DNA of 64,000 nucleotides from contig NC_058374.1 of assembly GCF_018350175.1 (NCBI RefSeq), positions 82,894,001 through 82,958,000 of the forward strand, given 5' to 3'. Positions 51,501-64,000 of this stretch are shown in pieces. Origin of the DNA: Felis catus (taxonomy: Eukaryota). Both the position numbers and the translations under genes were made by a program. The stretch's first letter is position 1. Each line of letters starts with the position of its first letter. The notes beneath the pieces were generated by a model that saw nothing but the letters and a program-made list of their open reading frames with translations, was not told the DNA's origin and did not search any database.

Positions 51501-52440
51501 CAGGATCTGAGCTGTTGGCACAGAGCCCGATGTAGGGCTCAAACCCATGAACCCGTGAGATCATGGCCTGAGCCAAAGTGGGACACTTAACTGACTGAGC
51601 CACCCAGACACCCCTGTTTTTAACTTTTTGAGGAAGCTCCATACTGTTCTCCACAGTGGCTACACCAGTTTGCATTTCCAGCAGTGCATGAGGGTTCTTA
51701 TTTCTCCACATCCTCATCCTCATCCTTGTCATTTCTTGAGTTTTTAATTTTTTTAACAGATGTGATATCTCAGTGTGATTTTGATTGGCATTTCCCTGAT
51801 AATGAGTGATGTGGAGCATCTTTTCATGTGTCTATATACAGTTGTAGTTTTATGTAAATCTTCTTGTTTCCATTATAAGTTTATTTCTAGAAATATTATC
51901 TAGTGTGCAATTTAATAGGCCAAAATATTGTTCATTACTGCTACATGAGTAGTAGCTTTATCAGAGCTGGTTTGAGGAGAATAATTAAACTTTCACCTCT
52001 GGAATCCTAGGATTATTCCTTTATTACTTCTGACCTCAAAATACATATTTATCAGAATTTTCATTTTTATTTTTTTAATTAAAAAATTATTTTAAAATAG
52101 CCTCCATGCCCACATGGGGCCTGAACTCTCAATGCTGAGATCAAGAGTCTTATGCTCCACAGACTGAGCAAGCCAGGGGCCCCTATCAGAATTTTTTTTA
52201 TTTATTTTTTTTATTTAAAAAAAATTTTTTTTTCAACGTTTTTTATTTATTTTTGGGACAGAGAGAGACAGAGCATGAGCGGGGGAGGGGCAGAGAGAGA
52301 GGGAGACACAGAATCAGAAACAGGCTCCAGGCTCTGAGCCATCAGCCCAGAGCCCGACACGGGGCTCGAACCCACAGACCGCGAGGTCGTGACCTGGCTG
52401 AAGTCGGACGCTTAACCGACTGCGCCACCCAGGCACCCCC
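48515..52440. mobile_element. Dense CAN-SINE cluster, mostly minus strand, with an L1 remnant near 51615-51830
   Basis: More than ten SINE copies, several head-to-tail. Confidence 0.8.
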
Positions 52441-54130
52441 AGAATTTTTAATTTTATAGGCAAATTAGATTGGTATGGAAAGAAGTTTGAATTGAGAGGC
52501 AGAAAGTCTGGATTCTGGTGTCAGTTATGCCATTATTTGACTCATGACCTTTGCAAGTGAGTTTACCTCTTTAGGTTTGTTTTCTCATCTGAAAATGAGA
52601 GAGGGCAAAGGAAAGGAACTATCAAGTTAATTGGTATTCTCTTTATCATCTCCACAGTCTCACAGTTTTTGCAATGTTAGGTTTAACTGTATGAAATTGC
52701 CAGTGTTTAGCTATTTGAAGACATTCATATTTGACCTCAAGAGACAACCATTTTTTCAACCTAGTTGTTAAATTCAGTTGTGGTCCCTATTGGGATCATC
52801 TGAGTTATTTATTTTAGGAATAGTTGAGACCAAGTAAAATTAATGTGTCAGGTGTGAAGGAAATATACATTTAAAGAATATAATATTACCATATAATCTA
52901 TATAGTCCATTTTGGGTATGTATAGAATCCAGTCTAGTCTGTTCTTTCTACATTGTGCTAATTTTCTGGCCTAGTGATTCTAGGTGATTTGATTCCTGCA
53001 TTTCTTTAGTGTTTGGCAGGGGAAAAGTCTACTTGAAAATTTTGGTAGGATATTCCTTACAGTAATTTTTGGCCACAAGTATCTGTTGCTATAGGAGAGG
53101 AGCACATATTATAAGTGCTGCTATCCAGCATGTGAGTTAAATAATTCTTCAGAGTTGTCTTTTTCCCTGTTTTCCAATAAATTGAGTCAAGGAGTTAAGA
53201 AGCCAGCTTTCCCCAATTTCTGGTTTTAAGCCAATTTTGTCATTCCATCCTACATCAGAAGCAGGTGGGGCTAAAATTTCTTGGTTGTTTGATGCCAATC
53301 CTTAAGTTTTCCTGCTTAAGGAAGCTGATATGTTAAATAAACTCTTTTTCACTTCTTCCTAAGGCATTATCTCATCTTTTTACCACGAAATAACTTTTTG
53401 GTATATTTCCATTACCTATTCTTTGGGCACAAAAATTAATAAAAGGGAGGAAAGATAATCCACAAGAGAATATTAATAGCTGGGTGGAGGTGGGGGTGGG
53501 GAGCATCCTCAGCCCTAATATACTTTGTTTAGTTTTCCAAACCTAATTTAGAATTTCACTAGCAAACTGCCCTGTCTCCCTGCTTTCATATGCATGTGCT
53601 ACTTCAGCCTGGCTCCCTTTGAATATCTATCTAGGGCTAGCACATCTGCAGGTAATACATTCTTTTGAGTTCTCCACCCTGACGTGGAAGGGCTGATAGT
53701 TGCATGCAGACATCTTTCAACATAAAAATCAGAGTTGATCTAGCCCCAGCCCCTTTACTTGAGACACTTACTTAAAAGTGTTGGTTTTTTGGAGAAATAA
53801 AAAAAAACAACAGTCTATCTTGAGTCAGAGGTGCAAATGTCTCTTTCCAAGAGGTTTCCAGTAACTCCTCTATTTTACTTTTTCCCCTCAAAACAACTCT
53901 TGAGGGCTGGGCCCATAAGAACCAAGAATTTGAGAGGCATTGACTAGATCTGGAAAAATGTTGCCAATATAATAGGCAAAGCAGTTGGGGGTGGGCATCA
54001 AAATAGACACAATGGAAAAAATTGGATTCTTCCTCCTCTCATATGCCTCCTGAATCTCACCATTGAACTCTGTTATATTCTCTGTCACTTCTACAAAACT
54101 CCATAACCTCCTTAAAAATATACTTACCAG

Positions 54131-56165
54131 AGGGGCGCTTGGGTGGCTCAGTCAGTTAAGCATCTGACTTTGGCTCAGGTCATGATCTCAAGGTCCATGA
54201 GTCAAGCCCTGAATCGGGCTCTATGCTGACAGCTTGGAGCCTGGAGCCTGCTTCAGATTCTGTGTCTCCCTCTCTCTCTGCCCCTCCCCTGCTCGCCCTC
54301 TGTCTCTCTCTCAAAAATAAATAAAAGCAAACAAAATAAAATTTTTTAAATGTACTTAGAATAAAGGATGTAATTTGCAGTCTTATTGGTGCTCTTTGAC
54401 ATAATTAGCCTTTAGCATCAGTTCACAAACCTAGGACATTTTACTTCTATGGCCTTGAACTTCTCAGACTACAAAAATCTAAAGTCTATTTTTTTAATGT
54501 TTTTAAAAAAAGTTTATTTATTTTGAGAGAGAGTGTGTGCACATGCAAGTGGGGGACAGACAAGGAGAGAGAGAGAATCTCAAGCATTCTCTGTGCTACC
54601 AGTGCAGAGCTGGACACAGGGCTCAAACCCACGAACCATGAGATCATGACCTGAGCTGAAACTAGGATTTGGTTGGTTAACCAACTGAGCCACCCAGGCG
54701 CCCTTTAATTGTGGAGTTTGTTCTGCCAGTCTTCAAGTCAATTTCTGGGGTATTTAGGATGATAATGATAGTTATCTAGTTGTATTCACGACATAAGCCT
54801 AGGGTCCTCCTACTCTGCCTCTATCTTCCAACCTCCTCCTGATACTGCTCCTTTTAGAGGAGAGAAATGGTATTAAATCTTAGGGTGCATGAAAATTCTA
54901 TTTTTCCTTTTTTTTTTTCTAGATCTGTTTCTATTTCTTGGAGTAGTAGGACTCTAGAGAAGTGGAGGCTGGGGTGTCTTAAATCTAATGAGCTTTGTTT
55001 CTGTATTATTTCCTTTTTTCTAGAGATAAGAAATGTTTCACTAATTTCCAGGGGATCAGAGTTAAGAAAATAATTTTTTTAATGTTTATTTATTTTGAGA
55101 GAGAGCATGAGCGGGGGAAGGACAGAGAGAGGGAGAGAGAGAATCCCAAGCAAGCTGCACAATGCCAGCACAGAGCCTGATGCAGGACTCGATGCCATGA
55201 ACTGTGAGATCATGACCTGAGCCAAAATTAAGAGTTGGACACTTAACCAACAGAGCCACCCAGGTGCTCAAGAAAAGAATTTCTGAATGATCAGATTATC
55301 CGCTTATAGAAGGTAGGGAAATAAATGAAATTGGATGGGTGATTCCTGAAATTTCATATCTAGTATTTCTAGTTATAGTTTAGCCTGCCTAGTCCTAGTA
55401 TAATCTTTTTAATGTAATCAAGATACTGGTTTTTGGAAATACTCACTTCAGATCGTTAAATCTGGGTTATACAATATCCAGAGGGGTACATGCTGGAGAT
55501 AATAGAGCAATTAATTATAACAGAGCTAATATTTGAGTGTTTACCAAGTGCCAGGGAACCTTTCTAAAAGGCTTATTATGTATTGCCTTATTTCATTTCC
55601 TGACAACATTAGGAAGTAGATACTATTTACCCTATTTTACAAATGAGAAAAATCCAGACGTGGGTTATTTTCAGTGTCATTCATTTTGTAAGTGACAGGA
55701 CTGAGCTAAAATTTAGATTTGATTCCAGAGGCTAATGAAGTAGGTATTATTTCCATTTTGCAATGAGTGAATTAGAGATGTTAAGCACCCTGGCATAAAG
55801 TCACATAAGTAGTAAGTACAAAAGTGTCAGCATTTGAACTCATGTCTGCCTCTCTCTAAAACTTATAGTTTTAACTATTTTAAATTCTAAAATACCATTG
55901 AGTGTTAAAGGATGCAGTAGGAAAACAAAACACATTGAGCATGTTAGAATTTTTTTTAATGTTTATTTATTTTGAGAGAAAGCTCACGTGCATGTGTGTG
56001 AGCTGGGGAGGGGCAGAGAGAGAGGGAGAGAGAATCCCAAGCAGGCAGGAGGCTCTCAACATGGAGCCAGATGTAGGGCTTGTTGCAGGGCTCAAACCCA
56101 CAAACTCAGACATCATGACCTAAGCTGAAATCAAGCCAGGCACTTAACTGACCACCCCAGACCCC
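54131..56165. mobile_element. Four CAN-SINEs (54131 +, 54703 -, 55268 -, 56165 -) plus MIR remnants
   Basis: Consensus heads and tails. Confidence 0.75.
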
Positions 56166-57779
56166 CGAGAATGTTAGAATTAAAAAATAATAATAAATTA
56201 GGTTGACTGGCATTATAAATCAGGCCTTAGAGATTAAGGTTTTTGTGCCACATTGTTAGGGTAAGGGAGAAGAAATCAACTAAGGGCCTAAATGGCATGG
56301 ATAACTTGGCATATAATGAATGAATATCTATGAGGGCAGAAAAGGGACTTAAAAAAATATGGTAGCGCTGAGAGATACCTTTTAGTAATTTATTTATTGC
56401 ATTTGACTGCTGTTCTTCCAATCTCAGTTGCAGTTCCCACATTGAGGCTGCTCCCACCCTTCCTGTGTCCCTTGAGCTGAGCAGGCACTTCCTGTCCTAT
56501 TGGAAATGAAAGTTAGAGTTTGGGGGTGGTATGTGATATGTGTGTATTTTTTCTGCAGAATGTTAATACTGTGGGTCCCATTATCACAGCAAAAAGGTGA
56601 CAGGAAAACTGGAATAGAGACTACTGGGACTTCATTTAAGAAAGGGTTTGGGCTTAATGTTTGTCGTGGCAAAGCCGACAAGGTTAATTTAAGAGAACAT
56701 GTATGATGGCACAAGGTGACCTGAAGAAGAGATTTGAAGGCTTTGATTCTATATCCCTGTTCCATTTGGATTGGTAAGAATTACTGGGTGTCATTCTGGA
56801 ATTTTTGGTTTCCTACAAGTTTCTTATTAAGGCTACTTCCACAGGACATTACTTTGAAACTGTTTGAGGTGAGTGTTGTCTCAACTGTGTTAGGTTCTTC
56901 TTCCCTGAGAACTTTGTATTTTTTTCTCTGTGAAGCTTATGTTTTTTTACGGTTATTTTTTTCCTACAGCTCTACAGCTCAGAGACAACTTGAAGCAAAC
57001 ATCCCAACTCTGTGAACTTCAGTTTGGGCATAAATTCCAGATTTGGTGAGTAACTCTTAACTGTTTCAGCTTCATGGACCTTGAAGACTAGAAAATGGTG
57101 GGATAAAGAATCAAACAAGATAGCTTACAGTTGTTGAAGAAAGTGCTAGGTAGGCAATTTTATCTTAATAAAGCTGGGGGGAAAGCAAAGAAATCACTAG
57201 GCACCAAGTTTCATGGCATAGTTAAGTTTGATAATTCCTTCTTAAGTGTGAAATCATGCCTGGGGGATTCTGACGCCTGGGGGAATCTGAAAAGGGGTGA
57301 GAAGCATCAGCCCATCAGCATGAGTCAAGAGGAATAGAACTATCCACAGATCTGAAACTAGTTATTTCCCCGCAGTCTGTCTCTGCTGTTTGGTGAGCTC
57401 TTCTGTTTGTTCTTTCTTCGTGTCTTAAGATCACTGTAAGTATAAAGTGTGGGAAAAGTCCTGAGCTCATCTCACATATTCTTTCTCAGTAGAGTTGTCT
57501 TCATGAGTTCTCTAAGGCAGTGTATCCCAGTGGCCCCTTTAAAATCAAACTTGAAAGCTTTTTCTAAATCTTGTAACTCTAAGGGAAAAAAAAAAAATCC
57601 TCAGTGTCTTTTCAGGAGAAACAGAACTTGTTCATATTGGAGAAGGGATGGAGTTGAAAGGGGTAGACCTAAGAACTTTTCTTTTGCTTTAACTACTAAG
57701 ACTGTGGGAAAAAATAAATAAATAACATCTTGGGCATTAGGACCCAGTGGAAGTGCCTTATTCAGACTCTTGGTTAACT

Positions 57780-57967
57780 TCTCTCAGTGACGTAAACAAG
57801 CAGCCCCAGCTCTTTCTTTCCCGCCCCCCCATCTCTCTCCCTCTTGCTCCTTTTCTCCCCCTTTTTCCTCCCCCTCCCTTTTCCCTCTCATTTTCTCTCC
57901 CCCCCCTCTCTTCCCCCTCCTTTTCCCTCCCTCCTCTCTCTCTCAGCTCCCTTACATTAAAGAGAAA
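57780..57967 (+). promoter_or_regulatory. RBMS2: RBMS2 promoter / pyrimidine-rich 5' leader
   Basis: Overlapping CRE-like TGACGTAA (57788-57795) and forkhead-like GTAAACA, a GC box, then a ~140 nt C/T tract before the ATG. Confidence 0.55.
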
Positions 57968-58033
57968 ATGCTGCTATCAGTGACTTCCAGGCCTGGGATT
58001 TCGACTTTTGGCTATAACAAGAACAACAAGAAG
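57968..58033 (+). CDS. RBMS2: RNA-binding motif single-stranded interacting protein 2, first coding exon (gene continues beyond the window)
   Basis: MLLSVTSRPGISTFGYNKNNKK matches the RBMS2 N-terminus; donor AAG|GTAGGG; synteny. Confidence 0.9.
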
Positions 58034-59170
58034 GTAGGGAAAAGTGCTTTTTTGGAATCCAGCTACTTCCTTTCCTGGGGATCCGGGAGTGCCCTTGGCT
58101 TTAACATTCTTCTTAAGAGGGGAACGGAATTCCTCTCTCTGCTCAGCGCCTCTCCCTTTTCCACCACTTCTTTCGGCATCTTTTCTCACCTGGTTTTGAA
58201 GTTCCAGCAATTTACAGTCCCTGTGTGTGAGGCCTGAGAAGGCAGGGGAATTAAAAACAAATCAAAGTTGCAAGTTTGTATCTTTGTGAAATGAAGTTAG
58301 TTTGACTTCCTGCTGATATACCCAGTCTCCACTGGGATAATAATGTCATCTCAAATCCTGGTCCTGTGCTCACTCTCTCCGAAGTTATTTTCATCTTTTT
58401 GAATAACTGTTTTTCCCCCTCTCCGGCAACCTTCCTTTCTACTCACTCAACCAGGATTATCAGGTGGGGGAATTATAGTCAGGGAAATCACAACAGCTTC
58501 ATCAAGAACAGGGTATACTCTAGACTGCCCCACCTAGCCATAGGGAAGGAGTGGTAAGAGAAGACATACTTTGGGATTAAGGCAGAAAGTTCTGTGATTC
58601 TTTGGTTTCTGCTGCTGAGCTGCTGCTTAGACCTCTGCTGATGGCCAGGCTCAGCAGGGATCCTTAGAGTTTTTGTGATTAACCCAGGGTTGCCAGAGAA
58701 TTGTGTCGTGCTTGGGGACATGGGCAGTCTAATGAGAGGTGGACAGTTATGCCCACATTCACCAGGGAGTATCCTTGGCAGTTTCTTGGCATTTCAGGGC
58801 ACACAGTGCTGATCAGGAGGAACTTCTTGCTGTAGGAGAAAGACCCTTTAGCCTCTTTCTTGGCAGTGTAACTGTTCTTTGAAGAAACAAGATGACCTAG
58901 ATGTGTAGGGATCTTTTGCCCATCTGATGGAGTGTTAGAGGGTGTGGGAAAGATTCCTGCTGCTTTCTCCTATACCTAAAGATGCTACTATAGGTAACTT
59001 AAAGTGTCTGATCAAGGCAGTTGGTAAATGTTTAGACCCAAAACACTTAGAATCAGTTTATAATGGCATTCATTCTGGTTTATATCCTTAAGAAATATGG
59101 GTACTTATATGTTTGTTGGTTATCAGTAATAGACATATACTTATGAATATGCGATTTTAAAAAAAGTTTT

Positions 59171-60118
59171 GGGGCGCTTGGGTGGCTCAATCAGTTAAGC
59201 GTCTGACTCTTGGTTTCCTCTCAGGTCATGATCTCATGGTTCATGAGTTCAAGCCCTGTGTGGGGCTCAGCACTGACAGCAAGGAGCCTGCTTGGGATTC
59301 TCTCTCTCCCTCTCTTTCTGCCCGTCCCCTGCTCATGCTCTCTCTCTCTCTCTCTCTCAAAATAAATAAATAAACTTAAAAAAAAAAAAAGGAAAAAGTT
59401 TTGTTTATTTAAGTAACTCTATACCCAACATGGGGCTTGAACCCATGACCCCAAGATCAAGAGTTGCACACTTTTACAACTGAGCCAGCCGGGTGCCCCA
59501 TGAGTATATGATTTTGATAGAAGGATATTACATCTGTTTTTGTTCCTTTTAAAATTTATATAGTACTATATGAAACTTTCCTTCTTAATTTTTTTTCTCC
59601 AAGTCTCTCAGGTTACCCACACCCATTAAAATAAAGTAAAATGAATTCTGGAAGTTAGTTTTTTTCTCTCTTAGGGGTTTCATGTATTTGATGCTGTCTA
59701 AATTAGCTCTCTTCACTCCCTTTCTGCCTTGTAGTATAGGAAATATTTAACCAGCTTCTAAATCTAGGGTAGCATAAGGGACAAAGAAGCATAATTATGG
59801 ACTTGGATTCAAATCTCATGTCTCTTCTGATAATTTGTAAGGTTTGAGAAGCCATTGAGAAAACATGGTTAGGTACATACTTACTAATGTATTTGTCAAG
59901 AATTCTTTTGGCTCATGGGGCACCTGGGTGACTCAGTTGAGCATCCAACTCTTGATTTTGGCTCAGGTCATTATTCCAGGGTTGTGGGATTGAGCCCCAT
60001 GTCGGGCTCCATGCTGAACTTATTGCCTGCTTAGGATTCTGTCTCTCCCTCTGCCCCTGTATCCTGCTTATACATATGTGCGCGCTCTCTCTCATTTTCT
60101 CAAATTAAAAAAAAAAAA
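59171..60118. mobile_element. CAN-SINEs in RBMS2 intron 1
   Basis: 59171-59395 (+), 59405-59500 (-) and 59917-60118 (+). Confidence 0.8.
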
Positions 60119-62554
60119 GAATTCTTTGGGTTTTTATAGGTCTGTGTTATGATGACATCACTTTGTAGCAATGTATATGACTCCTTGTGTAAATATGTAG
60201 GTTGGTGAATATTGGGTATATTTAAAACATTACTATGTTGTTCTTTGTCTTTGTGTTGACATGTGTTCATTTCTCTTTTAGGAAGAATGTTTGGATGGAT
60301 TTGTTCATGTAATTTGTAAATTTTTATAACCAAGGTCACATTTTTAAAATAACTTTTGTTTTTAGTAATAAATTTAAGACCTGCCCATTAAAAAAAAAAA
60401 ATTAAGCATAAAGAGGCATATAAAATAAAAAGTTAAGTCTTCCCTTCATGTCTGGAAGTTCCTTACCCAAATCCCACCCCTCAAGGAAAATAACTGGTAG
60501 CAATTTGGTGTGTGTATCCTACCAGGCTTTTCTATGACAAGATAAAGTTTTAATTTTGACTTTGGCTTATTTGCCATTTCTATTAAGAGCTGTTTCTCAA
60601 GTAGATCAAGCCTGTATAATAAAGTTCTTGGACTTGTCCAAAATGTTTAAAAAACTGAAATAACAATAAAAATTTAAACTTTTGAAAAATACAAATTATA
60701 AATATCTGCTTTTATTGTCCACCATTATGTTATACAAAAATCTAGTATAATAGATTTGTAGAGATCTGCTTTCTTTAAGGGAATTTTTACATCATAATTT
60801 ACTGTAGTCATCACTTCTAGTTTGTAGAGTAAGAATAATTGCCAGTGAGCTCAGAAAAGCCATTTTTACCTAGTGTTGTGACTTGCTTGAAAGTGTATTA
60901 ATTTTATTTACTTGACCTTAACAAGTAGGTTTGTTTTATTTTGAAACATATTCATGTACTTCATTTGTCAGGGACTTTGTTACCTGAGGAGTCTATGACA
61001 GTAGTTTTCTTACTCTTTTTTGGTTATGGTAAAAAAGGAAGACAGTCAAGGAATGTATAACTCCTAATAAAGGCAGATTCTTTCTCAAGATGTAGTGTTG
61101 AATATTCATTCTTTTCTCTAGAATTAAAATAGTCACAGAAGGGGGGAATGTGGATTTCAAAGACTGATTCTACAAAACAATGTAGTACATGTTTTAAAAA
61201 CAGCTGTTTTAATGGCCTTCACTTACTCTTTGGTTCATTAAAACTTTTTTTTTTTTATTGTTTTAAGGTAAAAAGATCAGAGTTCTAGGATCTCAACTCT
61301 TCAGTGTTAGAAAGAGTAGCTCAGTAGAGAGATTTTGAGTATAGGTGAGATTGAAAGAGGCAATGTTTGGAACTGAAGGAATCTCAGACTTGTAAAGGGC
61401 CTAACCACGCCTTCCCTGACATCATCTTCCTGGCATGTGTTATTATAATTTAACTCCTCAGAGCATCAACAACTATTTCCTGTGGAAAAAAAAAAGAAAG
61501 GAGATTGTGTTTAACTTGGGATAACTTGCCTTCCCCAGCCTATTTTGCATAAATTTCTATTTCCTCTTGATCTTAACTTATTGAAGATCAGTACGGGGGG
61601 CTGGAAGTAATGGTGAGAGTAGAACTGACTGCTGGGCATTGTCAGATCTTCACTCTGAGAAGCATGAGTTACTTGAAATTTTTGTTTACTCAGGAGAGAA
61701 GCAATACTATAATTGTTTATGTATTTGCAACAGGGAAAGATAATTTTGTGTTTACTACATATTCAGCTAGTTTCTATCAAATCAAACTTAGTAGAACTGA
61801 GGACTAAGAATGTTTAGGTCTAACATCTCTTGTCTGGGGGCGGCTATTCTGTTACTGGTAATAAAGTGGACTCGGTTAGAGTTTAGTGGTAATGTCTCTC
61901 TGTTGATTCCTCCTTTACGTTTTGAGCACTACTACACTGATTATCTTTTCTGCTGTAATACGTATCCCACATGATCTCCTTGCCTCCTGTTTCTCCACCC
62001 TCTAAATAACTTTATACTTGCTGCTGATATAGTCTTCCAACATCCCAAGGGTCTAGTGCTGAGCATTTCTTGTATAAAAACCTTTAATGGCTACGTATTA
62101 CCTGCCAAACAAAGTCCAAATCCGTAGCCCAATACTCACTATTTATCCAGCCTTTTCTTATCTTCCCCACCTACCCGCCTTGATTCCACTACCTTCACTC
62201 TGCCCCACCCAGTTGTTGTACTTGCAATTCTCTGGATATACCCTTTAGTTTACATTTTAATTCCATAAGAAAATATGCAGTAAGAAAATACAAGAAACAG
62301 GATGATAAAATATAGATGAGAATAAGAGGTCAGATGGAATTAAAATACATATGTGCAAACCATAGAGTTTTATCCTGGAAGATGAGGACTGAAGATGAGC
62401 CGTTGATTTTGTCACTACAGAGGTGGTTGATAATTTTGACGAGCAGTTTCAGAGTGGGGAGCAAAAGCAAGGTTGGAGTGGGTTGATGATTGTAAAAGGT
62501 AATGTAGTATAGATGGTGTGTATAGAGTAATCGTTGAAGAACTTTAAGATGGAG

Positions 62555-62780
62555 TCAGGGCGCTTGGGTGGCTCAGTCGGTTGAGCGTCCGACTTTGGCT
62601 CAGGTCAGGATCTCGCAGTCTGTGAGTTCAAACTCCACGTCGGGCTCTGTGCTGACAGCTCAGAGCCTGGAGCCTGCTTTGGATTCTGTGTCTCCTTCTC
62701 TCTCTGCCCCTCCCCCACGCATACTCTGTCTCTCTCTCTCTCTCTCTCTCTGTCAAAAATAAACATTAAAAAAAAAATTT
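62555..62780 (+). mobile_element. CAN-SINE
   Basis: TSD AAGAACTTTAAGATGGAG at 62537-62554 and 62781-62798. Confidence 0.9.
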
Positions 62781-62804
62781 AAGAACTTTAAGATGGAGAG
62801 CAGA

Positions 62805-63840
62805 ACCCAATTAAGAAATGGGCAAGATATGAATAGGCATTTCTTCAAAGAAGGTCTACAAATAACCATGAACAAGGTGTTCAGCATTATTAGCTATCAA
62901 GAAATGTAAATCAAGGGGCCCCTGGGTGGCGCAGTCCGTTAAGCGTCCGACTTCAGCTCAGGTCACGATCTCGCGGTCCGTGAGTTCGAGCCCTACGTCG
63001 GGCTCTGGGCTGATGGCTCAGAGCCTGGAGCCTGTTTCTGATTCTGTGTCTCCCTCTCTCTCTGCCCCTCCCCCGTTCATGCTGTGTCTCTCTCTGTCTC
63101 AAAAATAAATAAACGTTAAAAAAAAAATTTGAAGAAATGTAAATCAAAACCACAATGAGATACCACTTTGCACCCACTAGGATGGTTGTAATCAAAATGA
63201 CAGGTGATAACATGGAGTATTGGACTCTTCATACGCTGCATGTGGGAATGTTAAATGGTGCAACTTCTTTGGAAAAGAGTTTGGTGGTTCCTTAAAAGGT
63301 TAAGCACACTCCTAGGTATATACTCAAGAGAAATAAAACATGTCCACATAAAAACTGTACACCAGTGTTCATAGCAACATTGAAGGTAGAAGCAAGCCAG
63401 ATATCTACCAACTGATGAACAGATAAATAAATAAAATGTTGTATATATCCATACAGTGCAATTTTTGGAATTTTATTCATCAGTAACAAGGAATAGGGTA
63501 CTGATACATTCTACAAAATGGATGAACCTTGAAAAATATTTTGCTAGGTCAAAGATGCCACTCACGAAAGCCCACATATTTTATGCTTCCATTTATATGA
63601 AATGTCCTGAACAGGCAAATCTATGAAGACAGAAGGTGGATTAATGGTTGCCTAGGTCCAGGGGGGAGGGTGATGGTTGGGGGTAAATGGGGAGTGACGG
63701 GTATTGGGTTTCCTGTTGGGGTAATGAAAATGTTCTAAAATTGATTGTGGTAGTGGTTGTGAAAGTGTGATGTAAATACCGTTGAATTTATACTTTAAGT
63801 GGGCTAATTACATGGTGTATAAATTATATGTCAATAAAAT
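62805..63840 (+). mobile_element. Old L1M 3' end with a nested young CAN-SINE (62915-63131)
   Basis: L1 3' motifs ending TCAATAAA near 63838; SINE TSD AAGAAATGTAAATCAA at 62899-62914 and 63132-63147. Confidence 0.85.
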
Positions 63841-64000
63841 CATTACTTTAAAAAGATAAGGAGTAGAGAAATGAGATAAAGGCAGAAACAGGATGGGGGT
63901 GATATTGAGAGAATTTTCTTAAAGATGGGAGATATGGGAGCCAAAATGTAAAAAGAATCATGGCGAGGTACTTGATTCTTATTTTCTAAATATGTATGTG

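Noticed and set aside
52677-52740. Possible MADE2-like mariner remnant
   Set aside because: Only one terminal repeat is clearly recognisable.
62568-63213. Recurrent short ORFs of the MAQSVKRPT...SLEPASDSVSPSLS type throughout the window
   Set aside because: Translations of CAN-SINE consensus, not genes; their tRNA-like heads are not tRNA genes.

Overview
Mammalian genomic DNA, most likely a felid given the dense carnivore tRNA-derived CAN-SINEs of feline type. It has five short N gaps. Gene order matches the conserved TIMELESS(-)/MIP(-)/SPRYD4(+)/GLS2(-)/RBMS2(+) block. The window holds a CpG promoter and probable non-coding first exon of TIMELESS, the complete 4-exon MIP/AQP0 (263 aa) and the 2-exon SPRYD4 (207 aa). 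It also holds the 18-exon GLS2 (602 aa if exon 6, mostly in a gap, has its usual 164 nt), a ~23 kb SINE/L1-rich intergenic stretch, and RBMS2 coding exon 1. The main hidden feature is a decayed four-exon aquaporin gene at 7206-12169 (-), lying in tandem directly upstream of MIP. It has the same intron positions and phases as MIP but carries nonsense codons, frameshifts, broken splice acceptors and an NPAR-to-NTAY change. Its position, its Ala in place of the ar/R His and its C-terminal tail match my recollection of AQP14, so it is most likely an unprocessed AQP14 pseudogene. Secondary observations are a disrupted LGA-type alternative N-terminus of GLS2, adjacent opposite-strand poly(A) signals shared by SPRYD4 and GLS2, and a MIP poly(A) signal abutting the TIMELESS promoter. 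All homology statements come from manual translation and recall; no searches were run.
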